The notes beneath the pieces were generated by a model. That model saw nothing but the letters and a program-made list of their open reading frames with translations, had not been told where the DNA came from and made no database searches. 64,000 nucleotides of DNA from a virus. Both the position numbers and the translations under genes were made by a program. Positions 59,238 to 64,000 of the stretch are shown here, in pieces. Location of the stretch: IMG/VR virus record IMGVR_UViG_3300027319_000001; one strand, 5' to 3'. Numbering within the stretch: the first letter of the stretch is position 1; every line of letters starts with the position of its first letter.

Positions 59238-59267
59238 AGCTTAGTGGCTTTGGGGTGGTTTGGTCAA
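59238..59267 (-). promoter_or_regulatory. candidate promoter of the HicA-like gene
   Basis: The minus strand reads TTGACC - 18 nt - TAAGCT, about 25 nt upstream of ATG 59209. Confidence 0.45.
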
Positions 59268-59321
59268 CAGCTGTCTGAGTCCTCCAGCAAGTGTCTTAGG
59301 AAAGATCACGTGATCGGCCAT

Positions 59322-59407
59322 CGGATTTTCCTCCAAGTTTGATTCGGATTTTTCCAGCAAGAGAGTTCGGATTTCTCTGGCGGATTACCAACCTGCCAGA
59401 CCGGATT
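59322..59407 (+). repeat. CGGATT array 2 (5 copies)
   Basis: CGGATT occurs at 59322, 59345, 59368, 59381 and 59402, all on the + strand. Confidence 0.85.
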
Positions 59408-59432
59408 TTGTGCCCGGCAGGAAGGGGATTCG

Positions 59433-59546
59433 TCAGAGGTATTCGTAGAGGATCAGTTCCTTGGTGGACTCGCTTAGCGCTCTGCCATCCTGTCCAAGGA
59501 AGACGTCCATCAGGTCTTTTACGATCTCTTCGATCTTATCCCGCAT
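59433..59546 (-). CDS. micro-ORF (37 aa)
   Basis: MRDKIEEIVKDLMDVFLGQDGRALSESTKELILYEYL. Its ATG sits at the centre of an 11-bp-arm palindrome. Confidence 0.4.
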   Translation of the reverse strand: MRDKIEEIVKDLMDVFLGQDGRALSESTKELILYEYL

Positions 59547-59740
59547 TGCGGGATAAGGATGCACTGCATGTTGGTGTCTGGATCCTCCGACAACATTTCT
59601 TTGAAGCGCTTGACCGTGGCGGCATCTGCACAAGCGCGCCTGTACGCCTTGGCTGCCGCAGAAAGGTAGGGGGTTTGTCTCGTTCGATCAGCGAGGTCGT
59701 GCAGTGCGTCGCCGCTGAGCGTGTACTCTTGCGCTTCCAT
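59519..59740 (-). CDS. hypothetical small protein (73 aa)
   Basis: It begins MEAQEYTLSGDALHDL.. from the second copy of a duplicated start region. Confidence 0.45.
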   Translation of the reverse strand: MEAQEYTLSGDALHDLADRTRQTPYLSAAAKAYRRACADAATVKRFKEMLSEDPDTNMQCILIPQCGIRSKRS

Positions 59741-59770
59741 GGGTGACTGTGCGCTTCCATGGGTGACTGT
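59731..59770 (-). repeat. perfect 20-bp tandem duplication of a start-codon region
   Basis: GCGCTTCCATGGGTGACTGT occurs twice. The minus strand reads ACAGTCACCCATGGAAGCGC twice. Confidence 0.95.
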
Positions 59771-59898
59771 ACGTTGCCAAGATCGGCGGGATAGACGTCC
59801 GCTCTGGATGGGTAATCCTAGCTTGACTGCGCGAGGCCTGTCGACCCGTCGCTCAGCGGTTGTTCGTGTGGGCATATCCCCAGGTCACAACGTTTTAT

Positions 59899-59938
59899 GC
59901 GCGACGGGTTGACACATGTCGCGCACTCCCATTAGTGT
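59899..59938 (+). promoter_or_regulatory. promoter/operator unit P1
   Basis: GCGCGACgggTTGACAcatGTCGCGCactcccatTAGTGT. The -35 and -10 are 18 nt apart, and the dyad GCGCGAC/GTCGCGC brackets the -35. Confidence 0.6.
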
Positions 59939-60167
59939 TAGGGGCGTCCTGCAGGGAATGGAGCACAGGGAGGTAGCCGTGAGAGGCAGAGCGTTAGGGA
60001 ATAGCGGCGGTTCCAGCAGATCTCCGCCTAGAGACCCGGCCCTATTAGGGAGGGTGGGCGGGACACTCGACTAGTTCGGTTATAGGGAGTGCGGCTGGTG
60101 TTGCCGCACTCCCACTAATCGGCCTAGCCGAGACGACCACCAAACCGCACCATAACCGGAGGAAACC

Positions 60168-60422
60168 ATGACTCGTGTCATCCCCAAACACGCCCGAATC
60201 ATTAATCGGCGTTGGGCGTTGAAGGACGGGGAGGTGGCTTGGGTCGTGATGTACGACGCGACCGTGCCCTGCCGCCGTCGCGGTGAATCCAAGCTGGTTT
60301 TCGGTCTCGCTAAATACATCTCCCGTGGGGATGAAGTTATGATCCTCTCCCGCCGTGAGTATGGGGAGGAAGAGCTGAGCCAACTCCAGGACAGCTTTGA
60401 GTCTGCGTGTGCCACCCTCTAG
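60168..60422 (+). CDS. hypothetical protein (84 aa)
   Basis: RBS GGAGGA precedes ATG 60168. Confidence 0.55.
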   Translation: MTRVIPKHARIINRRWALKDGEVAWVVMYDATVPCRRRGESKLVFGLAKYISRGDEVMILSRREYGEEELSQLQDSFESACATL

Positions 60423-60443
60423 TTGACGTGACAAGGAGGACAA

Positions 60444-60719
60444 ATGCGAGCAAGAGACATTCTTCTCGTCGTGGGCACCACACTCTGTGCCATCGCCGTC
60501 GCCATTCCTATCACGGCGGCGCTCCACTCGGCGGAGCCCACCGCCGAGGAGCGGAGAGCCCGAGCGGACTCCAGAATCAAAAACAACACCAGGGTCGTGG
60601 TGTTGACAGTCGAAGGGCGGGAGCTCCCGTGCGTCGTGTGGACCGGAAGCCGCATGGGCGGGATCTCCTGCGATTGGTCGAGATGGGGTCAAACGCCCAC
60701 CCCGGCCCCCACCAACTAG
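60444..60719 (+). CDS. small secreted/membrane-anchored protein
   Basis: RBS AGGAGG is present. The N-terminal hydrophobic segment is ILLVVGTTLCAIAVAIPITAAL. Confidence 0.55.
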   Translation: MRARDILLVVGTTLCAIAVAIPITAALHSAEPTAEERRARADSRIKNNTRVVVLTVEGRELPCVVWTGSRMGGISCDWSRWGQTPTPAPTN

Positions 60720-60753
60720 CACGCTGCATCCAATTCTCAACTCAAAAGGGACG

Positions 60754-61155
60754 ATGATGATGATCGTCAACCTGACCCCGCACCCCATCCACATCTACGC
60801 GCCGGACACCCCGGATGTGGTCGGCCCGGAGCACAAACCCCTCTACACTATCCAGCCGTCCGGCACCTACGCCCGCATCACCACCACACGCACTCCCAGC
60901 GGCACCATCACGGTCGGCGGCTGGGAGGTCCCCCTCGTGGAAACAACCTACGGAAGTGTCGTTGACCTCCCCGACCCCAAGCCTGGGGTGCTCTATCTGG
61001 TGAGCTTGGCGTGTGCCACGGAGATGCGGCACTCCGGCCGAGACGACCTCATCGTCGTCGACAGGCTCGTACGCAACTCGGAGGGCACGGTTGTGGGAGC
61101 GCGCGGCTTCAGCCGCGTCGCGACGCGGATGATCGACCACGATACAGTCGACTAG
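60754..61155 (+). CDS. hypothetical protein (133 aa)
   Basis: The start is ATGATGATG, followed by ..IVNLTPHPIHIY... I recognise no function. Confidence 0.55.
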   Translation: MMMIVNLTPHPIHIYAPDTPDVVGPEHKPLYTIQPSGTYARITTTRTPSGTITVGGWEVPLVETTYGSVVDLPDPKPGVLYLVSLACATEMRHSGRDDLIVVDRLVRNSEGTVVGARGFSRVATRMIDHDTVD

Positions 61156-61163
61156 CGGCATCA

Positions 61164-61214
61164 CCGGTAGTTGGCAGCCCCGGTCTTCAGGCCGGGGCTT
61201 GCGCCGCCAACTAC
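61164..61214 (+). terminator. conserved box + TTCA-loop hairpin, copy B
   Basis: CCGGTAGTTGGCA GCCCCGGTC ttca GGCCGGGGC ..GCCAACTAC begins 9 nt after the stop. Confidence 0.65.
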
Positions 61215-61243
61215 ATCATTGAATAGCACCCATCGGAGGAAAA

Positions 61244-61729
61244 ATGGCTTGGGACATTCTTCGCATCGGCAGACCGAAGCACTTGGGTGGTACGGATTAC
61301 TACCGCCATGTTACCGCTGTCCAGTGCCCAAAGTGCCGGGAACTGGAGGTCACTGTATACGATGATTTCAGCGGAGAGTATCGGTGCATGGCGTGCGATA
61401 GAAATATCGGCACGCCTAAGGAAATCGTAATCACTGTTTGGAATGAATTCACCAATCACACAAAGTCGCAACAAGGGCGACGTCCCGGCTGTCGTTGGTG
61501 CCGTACCGGAACCTACGGTATGTGTGCTGAAGGCATGAAGTACCTCAGCAGGATCAGGGAGCACGAGGTTAGGTATGAGGTCCCCTACCTTGCCATTCTG
61601 GGGACAGGTCCGGACAGCATGATTGAGGTTCGCGCGCTTTGGCATACACAGGAGAGGGATATCACCCGGGTCATGCACCCACACGCTGTGCTAGTGGATC
61701 AGCCCCACATTTTCCAGGTTCTGTGGTGA
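61244..61729 (+). CDS. hypothetical zinc-ribbon protein
   Basis: RBS GGAGGA is present. Cysteine motifs are CPKC..(16)..CMAC and CRWC..C. Confidence 0.55.
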   Translation: MAWDILRIGRPKHLGGTDYYRHVTAVQCPKCRELEVTVYDDFSGEYRCMACDRNIGTPKEIVITVWNEFTNHTKSQQGRRPGCRWCRTGTYGMCAEGMKYLSRIREHEVRYEVPYLAILGTGPDSMIEVRALWHTQERDITRVMHPHAVLVDQPHIFQVLW

Positions 61730-61742
61730 ACCTCAGCGTTGA

Positions 61743-61799
61743 CCGGTAGTTTGGCGCGCAAGAGCCCCGGCCTTCAGGCCGGGGAGCGCGTCAACTAGG
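61743..61799 (+). terminator. conserved box + TTCA-loop hairpin, copy C
   Basis: CCGGTAGTTTGGCGCGC..GCCCCGGCC ttca GGCCGGGG..GCGCGTCAACTAGG. Confidence 0.65.
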
Positions 61800-61867
61800 C
61801 GCGACACACCACCGCCGCCGCCCGGCAGCGGGGCGGCGGCTCCCATCTGATCGGAGGAGAGATTCCA

Positions 61868-62104
61868 ATGGCACGTTCCCCGCGCATCTTCACCTTGATT
61901 TCCGCCCTCGCAGGTGACCGCATGCCCGAGGGTGCAGTTGAGCTTTCCGACCCAAGCTGCCCGTTCTCGTGGGCGTCACTGCCACCATCCGCCCAGCGAT
62001 GGGCGGAGGAGCAGGGATACGGCAGCGACGACGCCGAGCTGCTGTACGTACTGCCCGGCGATGCAGAGGTCCACGGGTGGCCAACCTACCGCATTGAGCG
62101 CTGA
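61868..62104 (+). CDS. hypothetical protein (78 aa)
   Basis: RBS GGAGGAG precedes ATG 61868. Confidence 0.55.
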   Translation: MARSPRIFTLISALAGDRMPEGAVELSDPSCPFSWASLPPSAQRWAEEQGYGSDDAELLYVLPGDAEVHGWPTYRIER

Positions 62105-62152
62105 CCGGTAGTTGGGCGGCTTACTCCGGTCTTCAGGCCGGAGTAAGCCGCC
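62105..62152 (+). terminator. conserved box + TTCA-loop hairpin, copy D
   Basis: CCGGTAGTTG GGCGGCTTACTCCGGTC ttca GGCCGGAGTAAGCCGCC starts at the first nt after the stop. Confidence 0.7.
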
Positions 62153-62186
62153 ACCTTCGTCACGCACACGTGTTAGTTTATGAGCC

Positions 62187-62612
62187 ATGGAAGCCACCAT
62201 TACCACGCCACCTATTCCGGACGCCATTCCTGATGGATGGGATCGCATCAATTTCTCGTGGTTCTGTACACGCATCTTCATGGAGGATCGTGTGCTGGAA
62301 ACCGTTCTGACCGTACGTCGTTTTGATACTCGGGAGTGCGCTGCAACTGATCTCCGCAGCGTCCTTAAGACGCTGGGAAGTTGTGAAGAAGACCATGGCG
62401 ATGTAGCCATGGCTCGCTGGTTTAAGGACCATGCGTACACCTGGGCGCGGCTGGATTTGGATAAGATCCCGGTGATTCAGCACGTTCTGTTCAATCACGG
62501 CATGCTAATCACAGGAATCATTGGTTTTGTATCGGGGACTGACCCAAAAATCACCCTTAAGCACCTGTTGAGTAACTCGGAAAATTTCTCCATCGTCATA
62601 AAGGAAGAGTAG
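62187..62612 (+). CDS. hypothetical protein (141 aa)
   Basis: A clean ORF with a weak RBS. Confidence 0.5.
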   Translation: MEATITTPPIPDAIPDGWDRINFSWFCTRIFMEDRVLETVLTVRRFDTRECAATDLRSVLKTLGSCEEDHGDVAMARWFKDHAYTWARLDLDKIPVIQHVLFNHGMLITGIIGFVSGTDPKITLKHLLSNSENFSIVIKEE

Positions 62613-62613
62613 C

Positions 62614-62971
62614 CGGATCTCCAGGGTTCCGGATGTATTTATTGAGCTCGGATTTCGAATCGGTTTTCCACACGGCAAACCGGATTCTCAATAACAGGTT
62701 TGGAAGCGGATTTTCCGGAAATCGGGAAATCTAAATGTCTGCGGACGTCCCGATGGATTTCGTGATTCTTTTTAGCTGACGAGAGGGTGAATTCATCGCG
62801 CCGTGTTTTCCGGATTCTGGGAATGATGTGCGCGGATTGACCGGATAGGTCACCCAGGTTACCGGATTGAACGGCGGATTTTTGATATCTCAGTGGTCCC
62901 GGTAAAAGCCGGATACGCTCCGTTTCGCACGTGAGGTTTCGCACGGCGAGCTTAACCAGGCGCGCCCGGAT
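62614..62971 (+). repeat. CGGAT(T) array 3 (12 exact CGGAT, all + strand), ORF-free
   Basis: Copies lie at 62614, 62630, 62649, 62681, 62707, 62811, 62833, 62842, 62863, 62875, 62910 and 62967. Confidence 0.9.
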
Positions 62972-62993
62972 ATTCCCGGGCGCGTCTTTTCTT
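62961..62993 (+). terminator. intrinsic terminator closing the repeat array
   Basis: CGCGCCCGG atattc CCGGGCGCG is followed by TCTTTTCTT. Confidence 0.75.
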
Positions 62994-63059
62994 GTACGTA
63001 CCTCTGTATGTCCCCCTTGCGCATACCAGCTGCCATATCGCCATCAGATTACGGTGGGT

Positions 63060-63098
63060 GCGCGACGTCTTGCGCACCATCGCGCAGTGGGTTATCCT
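63060..63098 (+). promoter_or_regulatory. promoter/operator unit P2
   Basis: GCGCGACgtcTTGCGCaccaTCGCGCAgtgggtTATCCT, with a 17-nt spacer. Confidence 0.55.
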
Positions 63099-63156
63099 GC
63101 CAACTGATCACCGGCTCTGACCAGGCCGGGTAACCGCACCAAACCGGAGAGTGACG

Positions 63157-63579
63157 ATGGCGAAGCGAGGTACCGGAATCCGGAGAGGTACCGGCATTCG
63201 TGAGTACCTGCCAGGGGACCGGATTTCCTGGATGCATTACCACCTGGATGGCACGGCTACGCAGCGGACCGGGACCGTGTGGGACGCAGCACCTCCCGTG
63301 CGTATGGGGGATCTGCACACGCGTGACAGCATCCAGGTGGCCTGGTGGGTTGTGCCTGATGAGGCACTCCCCACCGATGCCTACCACTGCATCGCTGTCG
63401 GCAAGGCACGCCGGGAAAAGCCCGCTCACGGCAGGTGGCTTGACGGGATCGGCGGAGCGTGGGTCACGGGTGGGACCCTGTACTCCAGCGACTACGTCGG
63501 CTCAGCGCCGGGATGGCTGACCAACCGCGCTGCTAGGGTGGCGTGGGAGACTCGTCAAGCCAACGCCGCCGCCGCTTAG
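63157..63579 (+). CDS. hypothetical protein (140 aa)
   Basis: RBS GGAGAG precedes ATG 63157. Its leader is shared with the 60168 gene. Confidence 0.55.
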   Translation: MAKRGTGIRRGTGIREYLPGDRISWMHYHLDGTATQRTGTVWDAAPPVRMGDLHTRDSIQVAWWVVPDEALPTDAYHCIAVGKARREKPAHGRWLDGIGGAWVTGGTLYSSDYVGSAPGWLTNRAARVAWETRQANAAAA

Positions 63580-63612
63580 CCCAGCTAGGACCTGCCAGCA
63601 AAGCCGCCGTCG

Positions 63613-63643
63613 GACCCCCGCCCTGCATGGGCGGGGGTCTTTT
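63613..63643 (+). terminator. intrinsic terminator
   Basis: GACCCCCGCCC tgcat GGGCGGGGGTC is followed by TTTT. Confidence 0.8.
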
Positions 63644-63688
63644 CGTCCTTAGTGTCTGATTTTGTATCACGATGCTATAACAACTGCT

Positions 63689-63726
63689 GCGCGACGCCTT
63701 GCGCACCATCGCGCATTGAATAACGT
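63689..63726 (+). promoter_or_regulatory. promoter/operator unit P3
   Basis: GCGCGACgccTTGCGCaccaTCGCGCAttgaaTAACGT, with a 16-nt spacer. Confidence 0.55.
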
Positions 63727-63762
63727 GTGAGGCACACGAACGAACGAACGGAGGTTCACCAA

Positions 63763-64000
63763 ATGCCGCTCCCTCTGGAAATCAACATCATCCGGACCGC
63801 GCTCGCGGAGACCGGAGTCCCGCGCAAGGCGGTCCGGTACCGCAAGGTCGGCAGCGAGGCGTACGAGGCGTTCATTGTGGACCCTGAGTGGGCTGCCTAC
63901 GTGGGGGAGTCTGCGCACGCCTACGCTCAGCAGTGCGGCCTTGACCTGTGGGTGGTCCGCCACCGCTGTGGCCATGTGGCTAGGGTCCGCATTCGCCTGG
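63763..64000 (+). CDS. hypothetical protein, 3'-truncated by the window end
   Basis: RBS GGAGG precedes ATG 63763, and the frame stays open to the window end (MPLPLEINIIRTALAETGVPRK..). The antisense track ORF 63667..63975 is less plausible. Confidence 0.5.
   Translation, partial: MPLPLEINIIRTALAETGVPRKAVRYRKVGSEAYEAFIVDPEWAAYVGESAHAYAQQCGLDLWVVRHRCGHVARVRIRL

Noticed and set aside
59958-60072. 38-codon ORF (MEHREVAVRGRALGNSGGSSRSPPRDPALLGRVGGTLD) in the P1 leader
   Set aside because: RBS spacing is poor and the composition is Gly/Arg/Ser-rich. It is more likely a non-coding leader.
60045-60794. 249-aa minus-strand ORF spanning three + strand small genes
   Set aside because: It is antisense to ORFs that have strong RBSs and sit between a promoter and terminators. 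The translation is Gly/Arg/Pro-rich.
62639-62944. 101-aa minus-strand ORF covering the repeat array
   Set aside because: It has no RBS. The translation is a mosaic of the repeat read in changing frames (IR, NP, SG fragments), and the composition is unlike neighbouring proteins.
62614-62971. CRISPR array interpretation of the CGGAT(T) repeats
   Set aside because: The repeat units are only 5-11 nt with irregular 9-57 bp spacing. There are no 25-40 nt repeats, no uniform spacers and no cas genes. The Cas4-like gene at 42.5 kb is a phage recombination-type nuclease.
1-64000. tRNA, rRNA or tmRNA genes, integrase, repressor, transposase and HNH or intron elements
   Set aside because: I found no T-loop or cloverleaf-like segments (GGTTCGAATCC-type) outside coding frames. 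I also found no recombinase, transposase or homing-endonuclease motifs. Absence is judged by eye only, and tRNAscan/Infernal should confirm it.

Overview
The window reads as most of the genome of a contractile-tailed (myovirus-type) phage or prophage of a high-GC Gram-positive, probably actinobacterial, host. Supporting signs are a WhiB gene, frequent GTG/TTG starts, ATGA/GTGA-coupled gene overlaps, and GC-rich hairpin terminators that often lack U-tracts. No head, portal, terminase, integrase or repressor gene is recognisable here, so lifestyle and genome ends are unknown.

Layout:
- 0-24.4 kb (+): tail module. It runs sheath, tube, chaperone, tape measure, LysM/gpX-like, gpD-like hub, gpV-like spike, gp25-like, Baseplate-J, then five fibre or receptor-binding genes. 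One reverse-strand membrane gene sits at 544..945.
- 24.5-25.2 kb: two small membrane proteins.
- 25.2-45.9 kb (+): replication, recombination and nucleotide metabolism. It holds an initiator with an embedded ori-like element, DnaC-like loader, DnaB, primase, SNF2 helicase, Pol I, class II-like RNR, RecA, WhiB, Cas4-like nuclease, ThyX, dNMP kinase and RuvC.
- 45.9-49.7 kb: a SpoVS-like gene, a run of small coupled ORFs, and a CHAP + PG-binding endolysin.
- 49.7-54.2 kb: nucleotidyltransferase-fold protein, degenerate HAD-like protein, very basic proline-rich protein, and a TGT/DpdA-like fusion protein.
- 54.3-57.3 kb: visibly GC-richer type I hsdM + hsdS pair with no hsdR.
- 57.3-59.9 kb (-): accessory cassettes with their own promoters and terminators, including a HicA-like gene.
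- 59.9-64.0 kb (+): small-gene cassettes driven by three near-identical promoter/operator units and closed by a conserved hairpin family.

The most unusual features are non-coding:
- Same-strand CGGAT(T) repeat arrays, including a 0.36-kb ORF-free array closed by a terminator.
- A dispersed AGTTGRTAC motif.
- A cassette bounded by 50-bp repeats whose hairpin loop is flipped.
- Two tandem duplications of translation-initiation regions.
- A tail-chaperone extension that needs a +1/-2 frameshift.

All homology statements are from motif recognition by eye. No database search was possible.
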